Source of the DNA: Obrimoposthia wandeli
Lineage: Eukaryota
NCBI GenBank assembly: GCA_977020255.1
Contig: CDROCS010006357.1
Coordinates: 62,001 to 126,000 of the forward strand
Direction: 5' to 3'
Length of the DNA stretch: 64,000 nt
The stretch's first letter is position 1. Every line of letters begins with the position of its first letter. The notes beneath the pieces were generated by a model that worked only from the letters and a program-made list of their open reading frames with translations, had not been told where the DNA came from and did no database searches. The translations under genes were made by a program, and so were the position numbers. Shown here piece after piece: positions 44,475-52,689 of this stretch.

Positions 44475-44504
44475 AGCGGAAGTATTACTTCCGCTTTCTT
44501 TTTA
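44475..44504 (+). terminator. Intrinsic terminator after lafA whose stem is also the CGGAAGT-N3-ACTTCCG palindrome
   Basis: AGCGGAAGTA-T-TACTTCCGCT followed by TTCTTTTTT; centre 70 bp upstream of the sigma54 TGG at 44555. Confidence 0.65.
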
Positions 44505-44554
44505 TCTGGCCTTTATGAAACTGACCACGCCCTTTAAAATCAATAAATTAAATG

Positions 44555-44570
44555 TGGTATGTTTTTTGCT
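44555..44570 (+). promoter_or_regulatory. sigma54 (-24/-12) promoter of the fliD-motB(-fliB) operon
   Basis: TGGTAT-GTTTT-TTGCT matches TGGYRY-N5-TTGCW. Confidence 0.8.
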
Positions 44571-44689
44571 TGTTGTCGTTAGCGTAATGGCTTGTGCACT
44601 ATATCGCGCAGCGTACGCTATAGGCGATTTAAAGCTGATATAGGTAAATATTCTCCTTGGCGGAGATTCAAGTTGGCGGAGAGTAAATC

Positions 44690-46240
44690 ATGTTAATGAC
44701 AGGAATAGGTTCAGGTATTGACTACGAAAGTATGATTGCCGCAATCGTGGGTGCCGAGCGTGCTCCGAAAGATAATCAGCTTGCACGCCAAGAGGGCATG
44801 AACCATGCCGAGAAGGATGCGCTGAAAGAAATTCAGTTCACCCTCAACAGTTTTCGCGACAAAGTTGAAGATCTGAACTCCAGCCGCGAGCTCCAAAAAT
44901 TAAAGGCGGAGTTAAGCAACGATGATGTGCTATCAGCGTCGGTAGACAGCAATGCGGTAACCGGCGAATACAGCTTCGAAGTCATCCAGCTAGCACAAAC
45001 CCAGCGCGATCAGCTGTTCAAGACGAGTGAAGGCAGTACGTTCTCTAAGGGCACCATCAGCTTTGGTGCGGTCAGCATAGATATTGCGACCGTGAAACGC
45101 GATTTGATCACTGCTGAGGGGGGCAAGAAAATTGCTCACCACGATCAGGTTTACCAAGATATTGCTGATAAGCACGGCTTAGATGTGGTGGCCGATGCGG
45201 CGGCAATCAAAGATATTCTGGAGACATCGACCAATCCGGATTTTGACCAAGCTCGGTTGGATAGCTATACCAGCCAGCAGCAAGGCTACCAAGATACGAT
45301 CGACCGTCTGACCAGGGATGGCGTGACCGTCGAAGAGTTACAGTCGGCAATCAATAGCGATCCGACCAATGATGGCGTGAAAGCCACTCTGGTACGCTCT
45401 GGTGACGGTATCAGCATGGTGCTGAACGGCAAAGATACCGGTGTGAAAAATGCCATCGGTGCAATTACGGTGACGGTAGCGCCGGCAGATATCAAAGGTA
45501 ATACCCTGGATCTTGCTTTGCCTGTGAATGGTCAGAAATCGCTGCAGACTGCCGAAGATGCCACGGTGCAGTTCGGTTCGATGACCCTGACCTCGGCCAC
45601 CAACAAAATGGGAAACGTGATCGATGGTATCAACCTAAATATCAAGGAAAAGGGAACGGTTAACGTCAAGGTCGAGCGTGATGAGGCATCGGTCAACAGC
45701 ACCATCAAGTCGTTTGTTGCTGACTATAACAAGATTATCGAAACCGTTAATACCTACACCAAGTCGAGTGAAGATAAGGCCGCGGCGCTGTCGGGTGATT
45801 CTGCAACTCGCAGCATGGTCAGCCGCTTACGAGGCGTGATTGGTGCTGAATACGGTTCTTCAACCTATAACACCCTGTCTCAGCTGGGCATTACGACTAC
45901 CCGTCAGGGTACGTTGGAAATTGACCAGAAGAAGCTGGATAAGGCGTTAGAAGATGACTTCGAGGCGGTCTCCAATTTGTTTATAGGTGACGGTGTTCAG
46001 ACCGGCATGATGGATAAAATGATGGTAGTCCTTGATGATTACCACAAAAATGGTGGTACTTACGATCGCCGTATTGATCAGCTAGAAATCAACAATAAAC
46101 AAATAGCGGAAGATCGTGAAAAATTAGATTCACGAATGGAAGCCAAAACCCTGTCGTTACGTGCCTATTACGCGCGAATGGACAGCCAAATCGCCCAAAT
46201 GAACCAGACACAGAGCATGCTGGTCAGTATGCTGATGTAG
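44690..46240 (+). CDS. fliD: Lateral filament cap FliD (LafB)
   Basis: GIGSGIDYESMI, VIQLAQ, SATNKMGNVIDGINL, FVADYN, LSGDSATRSM, LSQLGITTTRQGTLEID. Confidence 0.93.
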   Translation: MLMTGIGSGIDYESMIAAIVGAERAPKDNQLARQEGMNHAEKDALKEIQFTLNSFRDKVEDLNSSRELQKLKAELSNDDVLSASVDSNAVTGEYSFEVIQLAQTQRDQLFKTSEGSTFSKGTISFGAVSIDIATVKRDLITAEGGKKIAHHDQVYQDIADKHGLDVVADAAAIKDILETSTNPDFDQARLDSYTSQQQGYQDTIDRLTRDGVTVEELQSAINSDPTNDGVKATLVRSGDGISMVLNGKDTGVKNAIGAITVTVAPADIKGNTLDLALPVNGQKSLQTAEDATVQFGSMTLTSATNKMGNVIDGINLNIKEKGTVNVKVERDEASVNSTIKSFVADYNKIIETVNTYTKSSEDKAAALSGDSATRSMVSRLRGVIGAEYGSSTYNTLSQLGITTTRQGTLEIDQKKLDKALEDDFEAVSNLFIGDGVQTGMMDKMMVVLDDYHKNGGTYDRRIDQLEINNKQIAEDREKLDSRMEAKTLSLRAYYARMDSQIAQMNQTQSMLVSMLM

Positions 46241-46260
46241 CAAAGAGTGAAGCACAATAA

Positions 46261-46668
46261 ATGATGAACAATGAAGGCCTAGGTGCCTACCAACATTCGC
46301 AAAACCATGCCCAAGCCGCGGCTGCTAGCCCACACCGTCTGATCCAGATGTTGTTAGAAGGCCTGCTGGATAATTTAAGCCGTGCCCGTGGCTTTATGGA
46401 GCGTGGCCAGATTGCTGATAAAGGCATGATGATTTCAAAATGTCTCGACATTTTAAATGGCCTTAGCTCGGTATTAGATGAAGAAAAAGGCGGCGATGTT
46501 ACCGTCGAACTGTTTCGTTTATATGATTACTGTGGCCGCCGCCTGTTTGAAGCCAATATCAATGATGAGCTCGAAGGCATTGATGAAGTCACCCGCTTAA
46601 TTACCGACATTCTTGACGGTTGGGTGGTTCTTAAGCCAAACCGAGTGCAGGTTGGTAATGAGTCTTGA
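46261..46668 (+). CDS. fliS: Flagellin chaperone FliS (LafC)
   Basis: ASPHRLIQMLLEG, ILNGLSSVLDEEKGG, LYDYC.RRL..AN. Confidence 0.93.
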   Translation: MMNNEGLGAYQHSQNHAQAAAASPHRLIQMLLEGLLDNLSRARGFMERGQIADKGMMISKCLDILNGLSSVLDEEKGGDVTVELFRLYDYCGRRLFEANINDELEGIDEVTRLITDILDGWVVLKPNRVQVGNES

Positions 46669-46945
46669 GCAGCAACTTCAGGGCATTATAGGCAGTTTTG
46701 AAAAGGCTTTGGCCAAGCAAGACTGGCAAACCCTTGGAGTGCTAGACAGCAAGTTGCAGCACGCGATTCCCAAAATTAAACAACAATCACTAACGGTTGC
46801 TGATAAACAGCAGCTGCAGCGGTTGAATGCGTTTTATAGCACCATGATTGCAGCAGGTGAGCGCGAAAAAGCGTACACCCAGCAGCAGATCCAGCAGCAA
46901 GAATGCAATAAAGAAGGCGTACTTGCGTACTTGCAAAACAGTTAA
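46658..46945 (+). CDS. Putative FliT-like chaperone (LafD)
   Basis: Short helical ORF with QDWQTL motif between fliS and fliK, ending AY; probable start ATG 46658. Confidence 0.65.
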   Translation: MSLEQQLQGIIGSFEKALAKQDWQTLGVLDSKLQHAIPKIKQQSLTVADKQQLQRLNAFYSTMIAAGEREKAYTQQQIQQQECNKEGVLAYLQNS

Positions 46946-46948
46946 TGA

Positions 46949-48190
46949 ATGAGTGACATGAATATTTCAGCCACTATCGCTGCGCAACAGAGCGCGACAA
47001 GCAATGTAAAAACAAGCCATGTTGCAGAAAAAAGCGTCAGCTCAAATAAAGCGTCATCATCGACAGCAACGTCTGATGTTAAGTCCAATGAGTTGGATGG
47101 CGACTCGGTGAGTTTTACTCAGTTCGAGCAAAAGATAAAACAACAGCCAGAGCAATCGGAAGAACCTGCGAAAGCGGATGATAATGCGCTACCGTCAGCA
47201 GAAGAGCTGGCACTGCAAATTGAGCAGTTATTGGCGCAAGTTGCCGATCCCGCTGCACAGCCACAAGCGGCTTTGTTAGCGAACGGTCAGTTAGCGAATG
47301 GTCAGGCGGAAGCCGCTAGAACCGAAGCGTTAACGTTGGCCCAGCAAGTGTTGGCTGCTTCAACGGCGACAGTTGCTCAACCGTTATCGGCGATGAACCT
47401 ATTACCTGGCCAAGCGTTGTCAACAGGGGCAGATAAAGCGGCTTTGCTGGAAAGCGCACAGCAATTTCTGACTCAGAACTCGGATTCTTTTGCTCAGGCA
47501 AAAGCGGGGGACGGTTCTTTTGCGTTGGCGAAACATGCCGTGATGTCGCGAGATGGATCGCTATTGTCTGCAGATAACCCAATGGCGATGAATGAGACGG
47601 CACTGATGGATAAGTTAGCCAATACGCTGCTGCCTACCTCATCCACCTCGCCATTAGCGATGAATGTGGCGAATAATATTAATAGTAGCCATGCGCTTAA
47701 CGGCCAGAGCCCGTCACAATTGGTTGCCGCTTCTTCAAGTGTCAGCCAGCAGCTGCAGGCGAGTGTAGATATTACCAAGCCCGAATGGGGGCGCGATCTT
47801 GTTGAGCAGCTTCGTTCTCGACTACAGCTGAGCAAAAGTGATCAAATTCAACATGCTCATATACGTTTAGACCCGCCTGAACTGGGGCGTTTAGATGTTA
47901 GCCTGCGCATGGATGGTGACAAAGTCTCGGTGCATTTTACCGCGGCACACCCGCAACTACGCGAAGCATTGGCTGCTAATGCCGATCGCCTTCGGTTTGA
48001 TTTTGACGGTAGCCAGATGCAGTTAACCGATGTTTCGGTTTCTAGTGGTATGTACCAACAGTCGCAACAGCAATCAGGTCAAAGAGATGAACCAAAAATC
48101 ATGACTAACCAGTTTATAACTGCCAGTGAAAAAACAGAACAGAGGTCAGCAATGGCGACATCTGTTGGCCGTTATGAATCCATGATTTAA
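46949..48190 (+). CDS. fliK: Hook-length control protein FliK (LafE)
   Basis: Low-complexity Ala/Ser/Gln N-terminal region; C-terminal AHIRLDPPELGRLDVSLRMDGDKVSVHF. Confidence 0.9.
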   Translation: MSDMNISATIAAQQSATSNVKTSHVAEKSVSSNKASSSTATSDVKSNELDGDSVSFTQFEQKIKQQPEQSEEPAKADDNALPSAEELALQIEQLLAQVADPAAQPQAALLANGQLANGQAEAARTEALTLAQQVLAASTATVAQPLSAMNLLPGQALSTGADKAALLESAQQFLTQNSDSFAQAKAGDGSFALAKHAVMSRDGSLLSADNPMAMNETALMDKLANTLLPTSSTSPLAMNVANNINSSHALNGQSPSQLVAASSSVSQQLQASVDITKPEWGRDLVEQLRSRLQLSKSDQIQHAHIRLDPPELGRLDVSLRMDGDKVSVHFTAAHPQLREALAANADRLRFDFDGSQMQLTDVSVSSGMYQQSQQQSGQRDEPKIMTNQFITASEKTEQRSAMATSVGRYESMI

Positions 48191-48210
48191 ATAAATTTAA
48201 AGGTTTTGCT

Positions 48211-48705
48211 ATGGCTGATGAAGCTAAACAAGAAAATAAAAGTAAAAAGATCCCACTGATTATTGCAGCGATCGTATTGGTTATTGCTTTAGTGGGTGCT
48301 GGCAGCTGGTGGTATTTTCAGCAACAAGCGAAGAGCATGGCAATGGCAATAGAGCTTGAGCCTCAAGTGCCGGTTGCTGCTCTGGTTAAAAAACCAGTAT
48401 TCCTCGAGCTGAAAAAATTTGTGGTGAGCGTACCTGGTGACGATCGCCTTCATTATTTAATGATGGAAATGTCGGTAATGAGTTACGACCAAGATGAGCT
48501 CGATAAGCTACGAGATTTCCTGCCCGTTATTCGTAATGCAGTGATTACGTTATTGAGTAAACAGCATTACAACGACCTGACGCAACTCGGCGTGATGGAG
48601 CCGTTGCAAATTGCATTGCGCGATAAGCTACGCAGAGTCATGAATGATATGGCGAGCAGTAATGGTATCGATCAAGTGCTGATCACCAAAATGGTGATTC
48701 AGTAA
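48211..48705 (+). CDS. fliL: Stator-associated protein FliL (LafF)
   Basis: Single N-terminal TM; LKKFVVSV, PVIRNAVITLL, VLITKMVIQ. Confidence 0.88.
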   Translation: MADEAKQENKSKKIPLIIAAIVLVIALVGAGSWWYFQQQAKSMAMAIELEPQVPVAALVKKPVFLELKKFVVSVPGDDRLHYLMMEMSVMSYDQDELDKLRDFLPVIRNAVITLLSKQHYNDLTQLGVMEPLQIALRDKLRRVMNDMASSNGIDQVLITKMVIQ

Positions 48706-48716
48706 AGGAGACAGAT

Positions 48717-49472
48717 GTGCACAGTGCAGCAATGCCTTATGACGCGCAAGGGCTTCATGCTTATCAAAAAAGCCATCAACTTGGGCAGAAGGCGCGTGAA
48801 CAGCGGTTAGTGAGCAAACATGCAAGGTTAGTTAAGCGTGTGGTTCGCCACCTTACCGCGCAAGTCACAACGGTGATGTCGCTAGAAGATATGGAGCAAA
48901 TCGGCCTAATGGCACTGCTCGATGTTATTCGTCGTTATTCTGATGAAGATGATGCGTCATTAGAGCGTCTGGCTGTGCAACGGATCCGCGGTGCGATTCT
49001 TGATGAGTTACGCCGTATGGATTGGCGTTCGCGACGTTCACGCCAAAAAAGCCATGAATTACGAGATACCGAGCGGGTTTTAGCTCGTCAGCTAGGGCGT
49101 AAACCAACTGATCAAGAAATTGCCGCCGAATTGGATATAGAGCTGGGAGATGTTAAGCAACGTCGGGTTGATACCCAGGCCGAAAGCCTTACCAGTATGG
49201 AAGCCTTACAAGAAGGCGGTGAACAATTTTTTGGTTTGAGTTTTCAATGTAACAGCTACGAGCGCGTGGCATTGAAAAAAGCAATGGCTCAGGCCTTAGC
49301 GCGATTATCGAAACGAGAACAAGTCATGTTGAGTTTTTACTACGAACATGAAATGAATTTAAAAGAGATCGGCTTAGTGTTTGAGTTAACCGAGGCTCGT
49401 GTTAGTCAGATCCATAAGAAAGCCCTGAAAAATTTAAACAGTATGTTAACGGATTGGCGAGAGTCAGTTTAG
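48717..49472 (+). CDS. fliA: Lateral flagellar sigma28 factor LafS (FliA family)
   Basis: LEDMEQIGLMAL, RIRGAILDELRRMDW, LSKREQVMLSFYYEHEMNLKEIG.VFELTEARVSQIH. Confidence 0.93.
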   Translation: MHSAAMPYDAQGLHAYQKSHQLGQKAREQRLVSKHARLVKRVVRHLTAQVTTVMSLEDMEQIGLMALLDVIRRYSDEDDASLERLAVQRIRGAILDELRRMDWRSRRSRQKSHELRDTERVLARQLGRKPTDQEIAAELDIELGDVKQRRVDTQAESLTSMEALQEGGEQFFGLSFQCNSYERVALKKAMAQALARLSKREQVMLSFYYEHEMNLKEIGLVFELTEARVSQIHKKALKNLNSMLTDWRESV

Positions 49473-49484
49473 CGGAGTTATCAC

Positions 49485-50333
49485 ATGCAAATTATTATTG
49501 GTTTCATTATTGTATTCGGAAGCATTGTCTATGGTTACACCCATGCATCAGGGCGATTATTAGCCCTTTGGCAGCCCGCTGAATTTATTATCATTCTTGG
49601 TGCGGGCTTTGGGGCTCTGGTGATCTCAAATCCACCTTATGTCCTAAAAAACATACTTACTCGTCTTAAGATGATGTTTGGTAAAGGGTATGGCGAAAAT
49701 TATTACAAATCCGTGTTAGAGCTAATGTTTGAGTTGCTTGAAATCATCCGAAAAGACGGTATTAAAAAGCTCGATGATCATATCGAGAATCCACAAAACA
49801 GTAGCATCTTCAATAAATACCCGGAAGCAATTCGATCCAATGTACTGGTTAGTTTTATTACCGATAATTTACGTATGATGGCGATGGGAAAAATGAACCA
49901 CCATGATCTGGAAGCGGTGTTAGAGCTTGAACTTCATGCTTTAGAAGGGGATTTGATTCGCCCTGCGAAAGCGTTAGGTAAAGTGGGTGAGGCAATGCCG
50001 GGTTTTGGTATTGTTGCCGCAGTACTTGGTATCGTGGTTACCATGCAGAGTATCGGTGGTGACCTAGCACTGATCGGAGTAAAAGTTGCAGCGGCATTAG
50101 TGGGAACCTTCTTTGGTATTTTAATGTGTTACGGTGTATTCGAGCCCCTGGCTGCCGGCGTTGCGAACCTAGTTAAAAAAGAGATGATGGCGATGCACAT
50201 GGTTTCGGCTATTTTGGTCTCTCAGGCTCAGGGTAAGCCAACGTTACTGGCTTTAGATGCCGGGCGAAAAGTCTTGCATACTGAGGTTAAACCGTCTTTT
50301 GCAGAGATGGAAAACTGGATGACAGGGCAATAG
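49485..50333 (+). CDS. motA: Stator subunit MotA (LafT)
   Basis: WQPAEFIIILG, PGFGIVAAVLGIV, AALVGTFFGILMCYG. Confidence 0.95.
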   Translation: MQIIIGFIIVFGSIVYGYTHASGRLLALWQPAEFIIILGAGFGALVISNPPYVLKNILTRLKMMFGKGYGENYYKSVLELMFELLEIIRKDGIKKLDDHIENPQNSSIFNKYPEAIRSNVLVSFITDNLRMMAMGKMNHHDLEAVLELELHALEGDLIRPAKALGKVGEAMPGFGIVAAVLGIVVTMQSIGGDLALIGVKVAAALVGTFFGILMCYGVFEPLAAGVANLVKKEMMAMHMVSAILVSQAQGKPTLLALDAGRKVLHTEVKPSFAEMENWMTGQ

Positions 50334-50339
50334 TCAATC

Positions 50340-51332
50340 ATGAGTAAAGAACCCCATATTATTATCGTTAAAAAAAGGGCGCGCGGCCATCATGATGAGC
50401 ACCATGGTGGAGCTTGGAAGGTTGCTTTCGCCGATTTTGCTATCGCGATGATGGCGTTTTTTATGGTTCTGTGGCTGATGGGGATCACAACCCAAGAGGA
50501 GCGGATCGAAATTGAGCAGCGGCTGCAAACCGCCTCTGTTTTTGATAATATTTTCGAAATCACCAACAGCTCACATCCCATTAATTTTGATGGTAATGCT
50601 TCTCCATTTGAAAACCCTATCAATAGTAGTACCAATAGTAAAAGAAAGAGGGATGCGTCTGTTGCGCAGCAAACTCCTCAGGGAGATGACAAGGCGAGTG
50701 CGGGTCGCGGGCCTAAATTAAATTCGATGTTGGCAGGTAAACATCTTTCAACGGCCCAGTTGGCAATGCTAGCTAAAGGGTTGAAAGAGATGGCGGAAGC
50801 ACTGTCGGCGTCTAATAATATTGTGTTGGAAATTGTACCGCAAGGTCTGCGAATTTTGATCCAAGATGATGATGATCATTTCATGTTTCAGCGTGGCGGC
50901 ATTGAAATGACCCCTTTCTTTGAAGATATGCTGTACAACCTTGCTCCGGTGCTGGGCCAGATAAAAAACCGGATGGTGATCAGTGGCCATACAGACAGTA
51001 TCCCTTTTCATCGTCGTGATTACAGTAACTGGGACTTATCGGGATCTCGGGCATTGAAAGCGCGTCAGGTGTTGGTTGACTCCGGTCTTCCGGCTGCGAA
51101 TATCCTGCAAGTGGCCGCGATGGCCGCACGTATGCCAGTAAATAAACAAGATCCTAAAAGTGGTAAGAACCGTCGTATTGAAATGATGGTTTTAACCAAG
51201 AGCGCTGATGATCAACTTGCGCAACTCTTTGGTAAAGAACAATTAGAGGCGAAAGGCCCTGCTGTTAGTAAGGCACGACGTTATGCCGAATCTAACCGCC
51301 CGGTGTCACGGCTTGATGTGATGGTGAACTGA
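50340..51332 (+). CDS. motB: Stator subunit MotB (LafU)
   Basis: HHGGAWKVAFADFAIAMMAFF (ion-binding Asp); OmpA-like GHTD..., NWDLS..RA, NRRIE. Confidence 0.95.
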   Translation: MSKEPHIIIVKKRARGHHDEHHGGAWKVAFADFAIAMMAFFMVLWLMGITTQEERIEIEQRLQTASVFDNIFEITNSSHPINFDGNASPFENPINSSTNSKRKRDASVAQQTPQGDDKASAGRGPKLNSMLAGKHLSTAQLAMLAKGLKEMAEALSASNNIVLEIVPQGLRILIQDDDDHFMFQRGGIEMTPFFEDMLYNLAPVLGQIKNRMVISGHTDSIPFHRRDYSNWDLSGSRALKARQVLVDSGLPAANILQVAAMAARMPVNKQDPKSGKNRRIEMMVLTKSADDQLAQLFGKEQLEAKGPAVSKARRYAESNRPVSRLDVMVN

Positions 51333-51340
51333 GAAAATAG

Positions 51341-52522
51341 ATGAAATACTGTATAACCCCTGAATTTGTAAATAAATTTTCCTGCATCGCCGAGCACTGT
51401 GAAGATCATTGCTGCCATGGTTGGAATATTCATATCGATAGAGCCACTTACGGCTTTATGATCAAAAAAAGTGACTTAAAAGTAAAATCACTGCAGGTGA
51501 TTGAGCGAACGAAAGGTCAGTCGAGCTACGCTAAAATAAAGCTTGATGACAGTGGTGTTTGTCCGTTTCGTGAAAGAGGCGGCTTGTGTGAAGTACACAA
51601 AGCCCATGGCCATAAGCGGCTGTCAACCACGTGCCAGACTTATCCGCGCTTAAGCAAAGTGCGGGGAAATCAACAAGAGTCGAGCTTGACTCTATCTTGT
51701 CCGGAAGCGGCTCGTCAGGTTTTATTAAACCCATCGGCGATGAATTTTCACCGTGAGGCGGTAGCAGATACTAGCTTTGTTGCCGTCAAGCAGACTCGTC
51801 CTTTATGGTATGAGCAGGTACGTCAATTATTTATTGATGTGTTGTTATTAGATGCACTGCCTTTAGAAGAACGCTTATTTATTCTGGGGATGACGTTAAA
51901 GCAACTTGATGGCCATAAAGATGATATTGATTCATTTAATAGTACGTTGGTTTTTTGCTGTGAAAAAATAACCAATGGTGAGTTTAGTGCCTTATTTGCC
52001 AACTTGTCATCGTCATTGAACTTACATGCGGCATTTTTAATTAAAGTATTTAATGTTCAGCTGGCGCTTGGCATTGTGGGTAAACATGAAAAAGTACTTA
52101 CCCGTATGCATCTTTTGCATGAGCAATTAGTTGATACATTAGCCCCCGCGGGGGATGATGAAGCTAAGCAAAAAGAAATATTACTGCAAGGCTTTAATGG
52201 GAATTATCAAGACTATATTCATGCGAATCCCCATGTTTGGCTCAACTATTTTATCTACGGAATGTATCAACATGATTTTCCGACAGATAATATGTATGAA
52301 GTTTTTAGCGAATTAGTGACCGACTTTTTTATTTTGCGTGGTGCCTTAGTAGCCATTGCTTCTCAGCGTCCGCTGCAAGATAATGACCTCATTCTGGCAG
52401 TACAGACCTACCACAGATCACGAAGCCATGGCGCAAGATTTGGGCAGGGAATTGAAGGCATTCGCAAGGTATTAAATGTGGATGACCAGATGTTTCCGTT
52501 GATGTTGCTGAAAGTATTATAA
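51341..52522 (+). CDS. fliB: Flagellin lysine-N-methylase FliB
   Basis: F.C....C.DHCCHGWNIHID, CPF.....LCEVH, CQTYPR, LTLSCPEAAR cysteine pattern; starts 8 nt after the motB stop. Confidence 0.88.
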   Translation: MKYCITPEFVNKFSCIAEHCEDHCCHGWNIHIDRATYGFMIKKSDLKVKSLQVIERTKGQSSYAKIKLDDSGVCPFRERGGLCEVHKAHGHKRLSTTCQTYPRLSKVRGNQQESSLTLSCPEAARQVLLNPSAMNFHREAVADTSFVAVKQTRPLWYEQVRQLFIDVLLLDALPLEERLFILGMTLKQLDGHKDDIDSFNSTLVFCCEKITNGEFSALFANLSSSLNLHAAFLIKVFNVQLALGIVGKHEKVLTRMHLLHEQLVDTLAPAGDDEAKQKEILLQGFNGNYQDYIHANPHVWLNYFIYGMYQHDFPTDNMYEVFSELVTDFFILRGALVAIASQRPLQDNDLILAVQTYHRSRSHGARFGQGIEGIRKVLNVDDQMFPLMLLKVL

Positions 52523-52530
52523 GTTTATTT

Positions 52531-52558
52531 TAAGGAAGACTCGTGCTTCCTTATTTTT
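52531..52558 (+). terminator. Probable terminator after fliB
   Basis: TAAGGAAG-ACTCGTG-CTTCCTTA followed by TTTTT. Confidence 0.55.
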
Positions 52559-52689
52559 ATTGGGTTTTTACTATTTTAAATAAAACCCTTTGCATTGTTT
52601 TTTTTAAAGTAATTAACTTTTCATGACGATATCACCATTTGGATATTGTTATAAAAAGGGCGTTACTAATTATTATTGTGAGTGAAGTT

